Shown: positions 1 through 12,396 of the stretch, in pieces
Layout: each line of letters opens with the position of its first letter
Numbering within the stretch: position 1 is the first letter of the stretch
Assembly: GCA_035193785.1 (NCBI GenBank)
Contig: CP136572.1
Coordinates: 1,940,578-2,004,577, forward strand
Length of the DNA stretch: 64,000 nt
Source of the DNA: Planktothrix sp. GU0601_MAG3
Lineage (GTDB): Bacteria > Cyanobacteriota > Cyanobacteriia > Cyanobacteriales > Microcoleaceae
Direction of reading: 5' to 3'
Made by a program: the position numbers and the translations under genes
The notes under the pieces: model-generated
Databases searched by the model: none
Told to the model about the DNA's origin: nothing
Seen by the model: the letters and a program-made list of their open reading frames with translations, nothing else

Positions 1-3000
1 CTTTATTTAACGGTTGTTTTGCCGCAGCATCCTCTTCAGATTTTTCTTCCTGAGTTGGGTTTTTCTCAGCAACAATGTTTTCAGATTCTTCCTTCTCAAC
101 AGATTCTTTAGTAGCAGCAACCTCTGAGTCAGATTCTTCCTTCTCAACAGATTCTTTAGTAGCAGCAACCTCTGAGTCAGATTCTTCCTTCTCAACAGAT
201 TCTTTCGTAGCAGTAACCTTTTCAGATTCTTCTTCCTCAATTGAATCTTTCTGTGCGATGACCTTGTTCGATTTAGCTTCGTCAACGGCTTCTTTTTCTG
301 CAACCTCTGAGTCAGATTCTTCCTTCTCAACAGATTCTTTAGCAGCAGCAACTTTGTCAGATTCTTCTTCCTCAATTGAATCTTTCCCATCAATTCCTTG
401 ATCAGAGTCGTTTTTCTGCTCCGCATCTTTTACCGCTTGATTTTCAGCAGCAATTGTATCGGCTATAACCTGTTTTTTATCAACACTAGACTGTTGCTGA
501 GTTAATTCATTCAAAATTTCACGAATATCTTCAGCCAGTTCTGAATCTGGATTAATACTGCTAATTTCATCTTCATCTTCAACGGGTGTTACATTGACGT
601 CAATCACATCTGTCTCATCTTCAAGATTAGCAATACTCCGAAGCTGAACTGTTTTTGCTGCCTTTTTATTGTCGATATCGTCAATATCGTTGAGGTTGGC
701 ACTAAACCTGACCTCTAACTTCGTTGGATTTTTTTCATCATTCGCAAAATCAAGTTGTAGGAATCCAAGATTTCCCTTGCCTTTAAATTGGTCTAGATCA
801 ACTTTAATTCCTGTATCAAGCTTGGTTTTCTTTGTATCAATATAAAAACCAAACTGCTTATGTAATCCAAACGCCAGAGACACATCAAAGTTCAAATTCG
901 CGTTAAGACTGCCTTGGCTATCAAAACCAATTCCTAAAGCTGGAATTCCAAAATCTGAAGCTAAGGGAATCCTATACTCCTGTTGTTTACTCAGATCAAG
1001 TTGAATCGCAACATCATCTTCCGTGATATCCGTTGTGACGTTGAAGCTTTCCAGTCCTGATTTTTTGAGAACATTCTCAATAATTGCTTTGAGTTTGCTC
1101 GCCGTTAAGCCTTCTTCATCCTCAGTTTCCTTGGCTAATTGTAAGCCTAAATCCCCTAGAAGATTTGGGTTTCTTATCATCTAAATTCCCCACTAAAGGC
1201 AAAGTCAGGTTATCAATACTTTCCTGGAGTAAATCTAAACCTTGCGCCATAACTGAAGCAGTTTCTTGGGGATTTAGTTTGCGATCAACGACTTGAATTT
1301 TTTGATCAGGCACAAACAAATTATTGTAATTTGTATCGGCACTGGTCAGTTGATATTTGACCCCACTGGTGTGATAAATTCCCGGTTCAGCAACCGCATC
1401 AGGACGACCTTGGATCGTAACAGTTTGTAGCTTGTACCAATCTTCAGGATTAATCGTAATTGAAGTAGATTTTTGAGTAATCTGGGTTGTGGTTTGATTA
1501 ATCGGGAAATCTATTAATTTACCATCGATTTTGGCTTGAAGATTATACTTACCCCTTGCATCTTGATCAAGATTGTAAATAACAACTTCTTGAACTTGAT
1601 CCCAATTTCCCGATTTTACTTGCCCAGAAACTTGATCAATTGCGCCTTCGGCAGTAAAGCTTAATTGAAATGGTTGAGGCGTTGTATCGTTCCCATCAAA
1701 CAGTTCGATATTGATATCTTTGGTGGGTTTATTCTTGAGTTTAACTTCAAGGACGATCGCATCCCCTTGATCCGTATTAACTAAACTTTTCAGCTTAATA
1801 TCGAGATTATTATTGTTAGCAGCATTTGTATCAAAGCTGAAATTTTGTTTATTAACTTGAGCAGTTTTTGCATTAATCGGATCAACGAATTCAACTTCTG
1901 CACCCGGAGTCAACGTCAAAGTAACAGGTTTCGTGGGTTCACTGAGGAGGGAAACAGCAAACGTCGTACTTTCTTCTTCCGCAACGGTGGTATGTTTCCC
2001 AACTTCAACGATTCTTACCCCCGGCACATCATCATCTTGAATGACTAAACTGGTTTCCGTATTTTCATTATCTAAAACATACCCTTCACCCTCAAGCAGT
2101 CGTACACTCACGCTTTCCCCAGCGACTTTTGCTTGAGAATTTGCGGTGATTTGGTTGGCATCCGCATCATCGACTTCAACGGTCACTGTCCCGGTAAAAT
2201 TGCCCCGATTATTTTTATTTAAAGTCACACCCTCTGTGACCTTTGCAACGATTTCATCCTTGAATTTCAGTTCAATCCCTTTAAGAATTTGTGGAGCCGT
2301 TGAAACCTAAGTCGATGGGGACAAGTTGGTCGGTTGGAATAATTTGTTTGGCTAGTGATGGACTAGACCAAGACAGTTGCATTTGAGCATCGCCCGTTGC
2401 TTCATAATATTCTAAGCGAATGTTATACGCTTTTCCGGCTTCTAGTGAGATGACTTTATCTTTATCTTTATCTTTACTTGTATCTTCGGTAGCCGAATGG
2501 GGTGTCCAATTATCAATCACCAATTTATCATCGATCCATAATCGGACTCCATCGTCGGATGTTGTATAGAAGGTATAATTCTCGGTTTTTGTGGGTAGAA
2601 CTTGACCTGTCCAACGCACACTAAAGTTATCACGGGGAACCGTTTGATGGGGAGGATTTAAGCCCCATTTATAATCAACATTTGGCTCAATTTTAGTTAA
2701 CAGTGGAGTTAGAAGCGATCGACCAGAAAAATATTCAGCCTTTAAGCCTTTTTGCCCTTGATTGGGGTCAGGAATTTCCAAATCTAAAGTTAACTTAGTT
2801 TTACCATTGGTTTTTCCCTGTTGGTTGACCTTGGTCACTTTAACCCCTAAGTCTTCTGTGAGCTTATCGTCAATGGGAACAATAATCACATTATTCTGAG
2901 CATCTCCAGGAGCAATTCGGACAGAAAACACATTCTTATTCTTCTGAGCATCATTCTGATCACCTCCAGGAGCAATTTGGACAGGTTCTGTATTGGTGAC

Positions 3001-6000
3001 TTGGTAATCTTGATCTTTAGTCGCGCTACTTTTTGTCAGAATTTCGTAGTTGACTTTAATGCCTGTATCTCCGACTTTTTTCGGAGCCGGAGCATTTAAC
3101 GCAATGGTAAAGTAACCGGGTTGGCTGGAAATTTCAGAAGCAGTTGGCCCAGCAATAATTTTGGCGGTGGGTAAGTCGTTATCTTTGATTTGAACATCGA
3201 GGGATTTAACTTTTTTGTCGGTATTGACATAGTTAACATATTGGTAGTCTTCATCCCCAATGATCAAATTGTAATCCGCAGTTGTGGAGGAGGGACTCGA
3301 AATTTCTAGGAAATATTGACCCGCTTCTAACCCGTTTAAGGCGAAACTGTTTAGAATTCGCGATCGCACTGTTCGACTGAATCGGCGTGTTTAAATCCGT
3401 TGCTTTGTAGAGCTTAAATTGCAGGTCTGAAGTTTTGCCATCCGCGAACTGAATTCGGGCAAAATCTTTCGCTGATCCGGCATCGGGTAAGATAAATTTA
3501 AACCAGTCCTGTTCGCCTCCAGCAACCGCCAGATTTTCCCAGGTCGAACCGCCTTTTATTTCCCCTAAATCTATCGCAGAATTGGCAGTATTATTGACCG
3601 CTTTTGACTCAAAGGTTTGTTTTTCACCCGTTTCAACTTGAAACTCAATTTGACTGCTGTGGGTAAATTCCACAATGTTGTCATCTAAAGCACTCACCCG
3701 CACAATTTGTTCAATGTTCCAGTTGGTTTCATCAAAAACCAGCGTTGCTACATCCCCAAAGTCTTCGGTATTCAGACGAATTTGATCATTAACGGGGTTG
3801 GCAATCACCCGCACTTCCCCAACGGGTTGACTGGTGAGTTTAACTTTATAAAGATTATCTTTCCCTTCTCCTGCATCCCCAACTTTAGTGACAATAATTT
3901 CAGCTTTATCGCTAACATCTTCTTGGTTAGTTAGGGAAATCGGGTCAACCTTTAACTGATGGTATAGCAGATCTTCACTGCTGAGAGTGGTGATCACTTT
4001 ATAGGGAATATTTCCATCTGCAATTTGATCATCCACACCCTGTACAATGAATTTTTGCTCTTGATTCCAGTTGTCGGGGGTAAATTCTAACTCAATCACA
4101 TCGGATAAAGCAGCGTTAGATCCGATTGTTTTTAATTGCGCTTCACTCGGATCATTACTCCCCAAAGAAACCTTAACAACTTCCGTCGGTTGAGTCTTGA
4201 GACTGACGCTATATTCTAAAGTCTGTTTTCCAGTTTCATCTGTCGTTATTGCGTTGGGATTGGTCGCCGTAATTTTAACGCCTGCGGTATCATCATCCGT
4301 AATATCTAAGTCTACATAAAGCTGGTTATCGGGTTCTATGCGATAACCTTGATTGGGAACCAGGGAGATTTGTAAATTTTCTTTTTCTCCTTCATCAATG
4401 ACATCATTAATCGGTTGAATATTAATTTCTTTGGATTTTTCCCCGGGCAAGAAATCAACCGATTGCTGATTACCTGATTGAGATATTCCATACACCTTAA
4501 TTCCGTTTTTATCCCCAATGAACGCCTCTAAATTTCCATCACCATCTAAATCTGCAAAACTGACTGCACTATTGGAACCAAATACCAACCCTCGAAATGG
4601 GTTTTGAGCATCATTTTCGGTGAATCTGTAGCCATCCCCAATACCTATATGTTCAAAATATTTAATTTGACCGTCATTAGTTCCAACGAATAAGTCTGAG
4701 TATCCATCGCCATTCCAGTCCACTAAATAGGGCGTGGTATTTTTACTTAACTTGTCTATACCCGGAACCCTCTCCGAGTATAACGAAGTATATATAGGCT
4801 TATAATAGCTGCCTTGAGGCTCATAAAAGCTCACAAAGCCACTGCTTGACCCTACAAATAAGGTTTGCCCGGCAAAGGTAGGTGTGGTATTACCACTGGC
4901 ATATAAACCATTGAAAACAGTATTGTAAAAGGGATCGTGGATATCAGCGGTTTGTGAAGATAGGAAGATTAAATTAGAACTATCACTCTTATTGACATAA
5001 AACCTTAAAGTTCCATTCCCTTGTCCCAACACCAAATCGATTTTCCTATCTTTATTGATATCAACTAAAGACGGAGCAGCATCCGAGGAAACTTTAATGT
5101 TTGAAAATGGATTATTCGTTCCCGTTTTTTCTTGAAGGGTATTATTGCCAATATTTTCGTAATATTTCACTACCCCTGCGGCTGTTCCCACAACGGCATC
5201 AAGATCTCCATCTTGATCGATATCGCCAAAGGCGGGTTTACTGCCTGCGCCAGGGTTCTGAGTACCAAAGGGGTTCCTTGAGAGTGGCCCGAAGATGTTA
5301 TTATCACCAAAGCGATAGTCTTCATTCAGAGTCGCACTACCCCCTTGAGGGGTAAACAACACGGTGACTTTTTTGTTGTTACTAGCAACAGGTTGACTCA
5401 ACTCGATTTTGATTTTACCTGGTTGAGTTTCGGACATTTGCTGCACAACGCTGACAGTGGCGATAGGTGCATTCAGATCGGGGCCGAAATATTTACCGCT
5501 TTCGGCTCCGGTTTCGTTATCGAGGTTTATAGCGGGAATAAAGACTGTTTTGCGGTTATATTGCGGATCTTGACTGCTGGCTGTGCCATAAATTCCATAT
5601 CGGACATCGCCATCATGGGAAATGTCATCTTTTCCGGTGGCGGTAACTTGTTGGTACTGATCCCAATTTTCGGGAGTAAATGTCAGGGTTGTCGGAGAGA
5701 TATCCCCTTCAGTCGCATCAGCCTCACGGACTTCTAGCGTCAGGGTGACGTTCGCTGTGGGTTTGCTTTGCAGCCGCACCCCTGCGATGTCGGTTTTACC
5801 GTCTTCACCTGTTACCAGGGAAACGAAGGGGGTGGTGTAGGCATACTTCGTCTCCAATGTCGGGGGATTAGTACCATTCTTCGGTACCGTAAATTCAGCA
5901 ACGTTGGTAATTTCAATTCCCAAGGGATCATTATCAACGATGTTGAGGCTAGACTTTGCTGGGCTGCCGTTGAGGGTGTAGCCTGTTCCGGGCTGTAGGG

Positions 6001-9000
6001 TGACTGTAATGTCTTCTAGATTTTCCGGTAGTTGATCATCAACGATGGAGAACGGTAAAACGAAACGGGTTGCCCCCGCCGGAATCTGAATTTGTTGAAT
6101 CTGGGATGCTGTTGTTAGGGTGTAGTCTTCTTTGAATGTAGCTTTGCCTGAAAGCGTATATTGAAGGGTGATGCCATTTGCGGGGGCAGGGGCATTCAGG
6201 TTAATCACAAATTGCCCCGGTTCATTATTGCCTTCAGCCCCATCCACTAATTTTGCAATGCTTACTTTCGGGATAACAGGCGTTGCATCACTTTGACTGC
6301 CTTCGGTGACTTGAAGCAGTTGGGGTGGGGTGTTTGTGAGGGGAAGTGCGATCGATGTCTTCCCATAGTTTGAGGTATTACTGTTAAGTGCATAAACAGC
6401 ATTGGCTGTAATCTGGCTAGATGCACTAATGGATGTCAGTTGAACCGTTTGAGCTTGATCCCAGTTTTGTTTGGTAAAGGAGATTGGAGATTGAGGTTGT
6501 AGCGTTGAGCTTCCAGATTTAAACTCAATTTTAACATTATCGGTTTGCGGTTGGCTAGCGAGTTTAACTTTAAAAGTTGCCTTGCCATCGGGGGTGACAT
6601 AGAGCGGATTACTGGCAATAATTGCACGATCAAATTGATCCAGTAAAATAATTTCTGATGCAGATTGATAGGATTTATTATCTGTGATCGTCAGGGTTGC
6701 AGCCTTATTACTGTCAGCAATGTTATAGTTCGTGTTGTAAATTTTTTGGCTGACATCAATTTTGCTTTGATTTTCATCATCAAAATTATGAGGGATTAAA
6801 GAGACTGTAACCTTTTCGTCTGGTTCCCGAATTTCATCCGGTTTCGCAATAATATAAATTCGGCCTTGGGTTTCTCCCTGGGGAATAATAATCCCATCTC
6901 GTTTAGTATTCGGATCAGTTGAAACTTTCTGATATTGAGAGTTATAGTAATCAACATTTTGGGTGGCATCCCCACTCACATTGTACTTCACCCACAATCC
7001 TTGCGCCCCTTCAAAGGGTTTATCCAGGTTCACTTCAACATAGCCAATTTGGGGGGCTGGGTTGTTGATATATTGATCCGTTAATGTCCCTGGATTTGTA
7101 AAGCCATTTGCAGGCTGAAAAGTCAGACTATTGAGCTGGGAAACATCTAAGGTATTGCCTTCAAATTGCCAGTAACCCACTAACCCCGCTTCCTGACCTT
7201 GCAGGGGAGTTAACATCTGACTCTGAATTTCGGTGGCAGTGCGGGCAATATTCCAAAGGCGGACTTCATCCATTGCGCCCTGGAAATAGTTATTATTAAC
7301 TTTACCAATGTCAAATTGTTGGAGATTAAAAGGCTTTTTACCTGCGAAACTTTCATCGGAAACAATTTCTACACCGTTGACATAGAGTTTATATTTTTCT
7401 CCATCAAACGTTGCTGCAATATGATTCCAGGTTTGGGGATTAAGCGCATTATTAACGGTGAAGCTATTCCATTTTGTGCCATCTCCAAAACCGACTTTAA
7501 TTCCACTGCCATTAATAATCTCAACGGAAGGATAGCTTTGGGGACTTTCCGGAGTGGGTTGATAGCCAAAAATCCCTTGTGTCCCTTGAGTGGAGTTGGG
7601 GAAAATCCAAGATTCTTGTGTAAATTGTCCGGTTGCGCTCAGGTTTAATTTAGGATTTGGAGGAATACTAATATAGGTTTTGCCATCTAATTTTAAGGCA
7701 GATCCTAATCCTTGAATCGTGCTGCCAAAGCCAAACCCTTCTGTGGGCATTAAAACTTTGCCTAAGCTAACGGTGGGTTCGTTATCTCGGATGATGAGTT
7801 GGGAAGAGTTTTGGCTACTATTGACCGCGTAAAATTGTTTTTCAGATTGTTCAACAAGCTTGATCGTTACGTCTTCATCAACCTCATAGAGTTCATTATT
7901 AATGGGTTCGGTTTTCAGAGAAATACTTTTCGTATTAATTGGGACAGGAATCGTTATATTATTGGACGGATCAATCCCGCTACTTCCAAGTAATTTCCCA
8001 TTTTGATCCAACGCTTCGTAAAAGAGTTTATAATCCGCGTCTTTGTCCGGGTTAACTAAAGTTCCCTGTTTTGCAGTTCCTGAGATATTCAGCTTCAGAT
8101 CAAATTTTTGGGGAGAAACTTTATCAAAGGTTACGTCAAACCTGCCCGTATCTTTTCCTTCTTCTCCATCTTTGATTTTTTGAATACTAATCGCCGGTTC
8201 ATTGTCTGTGATTTGGAACCCATTAGAGCGTGAATTCCCAATTCCGTATTTCTCATCTCCCAGTAACTGAATATCAAAGGTTTCGACAGTCTCAAAAATT
8301 GTATCATCAAAAACAGGAATATCAAAAACCGCGCTAGTTTGGTTCGCTGGAAAAGTGACCTCTCCCTGTAGATCGTTTAGGTTTTCAAAATCACTTTTCC
8401 TGGCTGTACCCTCAATGATTTTATATTTGACCTTATAGCTTTGGGTCGCTTTTCCATTGGTTTTCGTTAGTTTAAACTTGGGTTTGTTGTCTTTCCCTTC
8501 TGAGCCATCCAAATATTTCTCAATTGAAAAAATGGGTTCATTGTCTTCAATGGTAATAGCTTGACTCGTGCCTGCTTTATAGTTCAAGCCCGATAGAATT
8601 TGAAGGGTAAATCTTTCATCCTTTTCATATAATTCATCATCTAGGATTGATTTTGGTAGGGTAAATGTTTGCGTTTTCTGATTCTGATTTAATGTAACTT
8701 GATGGACTAATAGGCGAGAAAAATCTGCATCACTCGTTGGTGTATTGGGGTTAATGAAGAAATAAACAGTAGTAGGTTGTGAAACGGTTTTTTCTGCGTC
8801 TAGGGTAAAGGTTATCTCTTGGCTTGCTTCTGAGGCTTTTCCTGAAGTGATGTTGATCGTAGGAAAGGAACTGTTACTGAATCCAGTATTAGACTTATTA
8901 TAAGAAAGTTGCTGATAATTATTATCACTGTTATTCCGAAAATTACCATTCTCTATAGCTACGGCATTGCCCTGCGCTGAAACCCGAATTTGCTCCTTGT

Positions 9001-10487
9001 CCACCTGCAACAGAGTTGTTTATAAATCCACTATTAAAAATCGTTAGAGAAGCGTTTGATCGCAGAAAAACTGCGCCGCCTAAACCAGCACCACCGCCTC
9101 CTTGACCGCCATCACGACCCTCACCGCCGCCTTTGCCCGAACTACCAGCACCTCCGAACTGACCAGCAGTGCCACCCGATCCACCAGAGCCATGATCGCT
9201 GCCTGTTTTGATACCAAACAAACCGTAGTTAAAATCTTCGCCACCACCACCGCCAGCACCGCCACCGCCACCCAAACCACCTACACCACCAACGCCACCG
9301 TGTCCATAGTCGTCACCACCGCCACCACCGCCACCGCCACCGCCACCAGCACCAAAGCCACCAGCACCACCAGCGCCACCTATGATCCCTTGATTTCCTT
9401 TCTTACCTGCTTGGCCTCCAGAACCAGCGTTGTATCCAGCAACAGAGCCTGAAAAGTAAGTCCCAAAGGGAGAGTTAACATTAAAAGTTCCACCGAAACC
9501 AGCAGGACTACCCGGTGAGTTATCGCCTCCACCCGCCGCACCACTGCCCCCATTGCCACCTTGAGCTTTGTTGCTATCGAACCTGACTGTATCAGTGATA
9601 AGACCGCCTCCATTAATGAAAATCGCACCTCCTGCCCCTAAGCCGCCACCCCCGCCATTTGTACCATCACCCCCTTTGGCAAGGCCATTCTTAAAGATGA
9701 TGTTTTGGAAACCCACGACAGAGCCATCAATTGAAATAATTTGATGCTTTCCTTGTCCATCAATCGTAGGCTTGGTCTTGTCGTTACCAACAAAGAATAA
9801 AGTACCCCCTGCATCCAGGAATGGTAAGGAGTCAGTTAACTTGATTTCACCTGAAATCCCCCGTAAATCGATAAGATCATTCGGATCTGAGTCCTTCTTG
9901 GCTTGCCCAATTGCGTCTCTTAAAGAGCCGGAGCCACTATCGTTATTATTGGTAACTTTATAAATCCCTAAAACAGAATCATAAGCAGATTTGGCAGCCT
10001 CTTGAATGGCTTGAGCGACTTCAATGTCTCCCGTTTGAACTTCTAAATCCCAGTCTCCCCCTAAGCGTTGATTCCCGGTTAAATCCTCAGATGCCGCAAT
10101 ATCTGCCCCGGTTAATTGACTGAACTGCTGTATAAAATCTTGGCCGTCTGTTCCTTCAGCAACGTTACACCCAAACAGCAGCAGATCTCCATCAGGGGCT
10201 AATACTTTACCCCATTGTTGCAATTGGGCACTATACCCCTGTATATTACTCCGATTTAACTCCTCACTGCCTAACTGAAGCCTTCCTTGGCTACCATGAG
10301 AAATAATTTGAATACTATTTATATTCTGTCGTTGGGCTAAAACTTGTGTTATTTGATCAATACCATTGAGATTGCTATCAAGAAGAAAAACTTCAACGCC
10401 TGGAGCTAGATTTTGGATCAATTGTTGAGCATTAGCAACGGCAGCATCAATAAAGAGGATTGTTGTTGGCACTTGAGGGCGATTCAT
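1..10487 (-). CDS. Giant multidomain surface/adhesin protein (DUF4347, Gly-rich, Calx-beta repeats, LamG, FG-GAP, PPC-like, PA14, acidic repeats); 3' end beyond window; four +1 frameshifts
   Basis: ORFs 8943-10571, 3251-9010, 2281-3369, 1122-2228 and the frame running off position 1 join after removing one base at 8979, 3343, 2302 and 1169. Motifs: DUF4347 (ILFIDAAV...IISHGSQG...LLFGCNVA...GGDWDLE), LamG (WNHIAATFDG...MDEVRLWNIART), FG-GAP (FGDIDQDGDLD, LVDWNGDG), PA14 (DNFSVRWTG...SDDGVRLWID). Start ATG at 10487 (MNRPQV) is inferred. Confidence 0.85.
75..400 (-). repeat. 48-bp coding tandem repeat (DSEVAATKESVEKEES) inside the giant protein
   Basis: gattcttccttctcaacagattctttagtagcagcaacctctgagtca recurs, with degenerate copies; the reverse strand reads as an acidic 16-aa repeat. 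Confidence 0.85.
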
Positions 10488-10609
10488 GGCACAGTTTTCC
10501 AAAATAGGGTAGAGCTTAGGGTTTCTGTCGATATTTTTGATCAAAATATCGACACAAGCATAGTGGCTCAACTAGCTCCCCTGAAAGGCTACTTAGCGAA
10601 GAGTTAGGA

Positions 10610-10790
10610 ATCTCCGAATTCTTTTGAGTATATCGGCCTTTGGCACGTTGATCAACGTATGTATTCAAAGTTCATATTCCTCTAAACTTTGACGACCATC
10701 GCCATCGACATCCACGATGTCCATGAAACGCCTCTCAAAACGGACGATAGCCTTGCTCAAAGTTTTCAGGGGATTTTCTTACTTGATTAG
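10610..10790 (-). pseudogene. EF-hand calcium-binding protein remnant
   Basis: The minus strand reads PENFEQGYRPF*EAFMDIVDVDGDGRQSLEEYEL*IHTLINVP after correcting one GTTTC. It has a DxDGDGxxSxxE loop, two in-frame TGA and no start codon. Confidence 0.5.
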
Positions 10791-10983
10791 CCTCATGAAT
10801 ACCTTACACAATCATCTATTTTTATCACTTGGGGCAGACTTTTTCGCTTTTTCCTCTGCCTAGAGTGACAAAAGAAAGTTATAAATAGTTTCCTGTTTTA
10901 ATAATTCCCGCGTCCAAATTGAAAATAAACCGTAGGTTTCCTAAGCATATATAGCAAGAGGCAATAGGGAATAGGCAATGGGC

Positions 10984-11137
10984 AATCTCGCTATCTTTTA
11001 AGTTATTGTATTTAATATTTAACGGATTTACGGCATCAATATTTAACTTATAAGCAGTAATTTTAGGAAGCAATATGATCACAATTAGTAAAATAGACTT
11101 GGAACTGATCTGGCTTTCTATTTGTGGAAACCACCAT
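10984..11137 (-). pseudogene. 5' remnant of an N6-adenine DNA methyltransferase homologous to 52352-53899
   Basis: MVVSTNRKPDQFQVYFTNCDHIAS and KITAYKLNIDAVNPLNIKYNNLKDSEI align to MVAPTNRKQDKFQAYYTNCDHITS and EITAYELNIYAINQLNIKYNNLKNIEI; the intervening motif I segment is deleted. Confidence 0.85.
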
Positions 11138-11211
11138 GATCAAAAAGCGATCGCTCTACAAAATCGGCGATCGCACGATGGAATTATCTCAATAAAGACC
11201 GTGAGCAAGTC

Positions 11212-11421
11212 TTATAAACAAGTCAGATTCACTGCGGAGGGGCCTTTTTGACCCTGTTCGATCTCGAATTCCACATTCTGGCCTTCAGCTAGGGTTTTAA
11301 AGCCACTGCTGCGAATAGCCGAGAAGTGGACAAAAACATCTTTAGAGCCATCCGCGGGGGTGATGAAACCAAAGCCCTTTTCTTCGTTGAACCATTTGAC
11401 TTGACCTTTCATTTTAGTCAT
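11212..11421 (-). CDS. cspA: Cold-shock domain protein (CspA/CspC family)
   Basis: [32 protein letters not shown] (RNP1/RNP2), 69 aa, GGAGG RBS. Confidence 0.95.
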   Translation of the reverse strand: MTKMKGQVKWFNEEKGFGFITPADGSKDVFVHFSAIRSSGFKTLAEGQNVEFEIEQGQKGPSAVNLTCL

Positions 11422-11523
11422 GCTTTGACCTCCAGGGAATTGTGATTAAAATAACCGTGCGATCGCCAACTTCATAGAGCGATCACACTAGGGAATTATC
11501 TCAAGAAAGACCTTGATCAAGTC

Positions 11524-11733
11524 TTAGACGATAGTCACATTCACTGCGGAGGGGCCTTTTTGACCCTGTTCGATATCGAATTCTACAGCCTGGCCTTCAG
11601 CTAGGGTTTTAAAGCCACCGCTTTGAATAGCCGAGTGGTGGACAAAAATATCTTTGGTGCCATCGACTGGGGTAATAAAACCAAAGCCTTTTGAGTCGTT
11701 GAACCATTTGACTTGACCTTTCATTTTAGCCAT
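11524..11733 (-). CDS. cspA: Cold-shock domain protein (CspA/CspC family), tandem paralog
   Basis: [32 protein letters not shown], 69 aa. Confidence 0.95.
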   Translation of the reverse strand: MAKMKGQVKWFNDSKGFGFITPVDGTKDIFVHHSAIQSGGFKTLAEGQAVEFDIEQGQKGPSAVNVTIV

Positions 11734-12310
11734 GTTTTAACCTCTAGGGAAATAAAATTAACCTCAAACCATTATTCTATAAGAGTTTGATTGAAATTTT
11801 TGGATATGTCTATTATAGTTTAGCTTACTAAAGGATCAAATTTCGAGAAATAAAAAAGGTTTGACCGATAAAATCATCCGCCCCAATTCCGTCCCATGTT
11901 GTTCATGAAGATCCTGTCCCCAGAATTGATTTCCACTATTGGTACAATTTTTTGCTGGAGCTTCTCCGAGCCCTTCTAAAGTCCTATGGGGGACTCGCCT
12001 TAAATTCGGAGGATTATATTAATGATTATTTTTACTTTTTACTGATATCCAATGGTTAACCTTCTTTTGTGACCACAGGGGGAGTAAAGATGTCTGTGGA
12101 AAATTTCTGCCAATTTGGCAACATAGTCCGATTGCAATGGTTTCTAATGATTGTGGGCAACTAGATTTATTTCCGTCTACCTACTTCATCCTCTCCCACA
12201 AAGATAACGAGATGATGCGACCTTATGAAGTTATTGTCCCCGCCGCGACCCAGAACTCATCATTAGTTTAAGGAATTTGGGGGATTTGATGGCTTTAGTT
12301 AGGGTAAATG

Positions 12311-12344
12311 GGGGGATTCTGTCGGCAACTACCACAGAATCCCC
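12311..12344. terminator. Stem-loop downstream of the thioredoxin-like gene
   Basis: ggggattctgt...acagaatcccc inverted repeat. Confidence 0.55.
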
Positions 12345-12396
12345 AATCTAAGGCTACCTTTTAGCTATAAATATTGAAACTCTTTTTACTAGAGGT

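Noticed and set aside
7..426. ORF-track repeats 7-426 (-, LRRKNL) and 75-401 (+, SDSSFS)
   Set aside because: Alternative frames of the 48-bp repeat inside the giant protein.
11870..12270. Stop-free stretch (QWLTFFCDHRG...NSSLV*) between csp and the thioredoxin-like gene
   Set aside because: No supportable start codon or recognisable motif; may be a relic but cannot be called.
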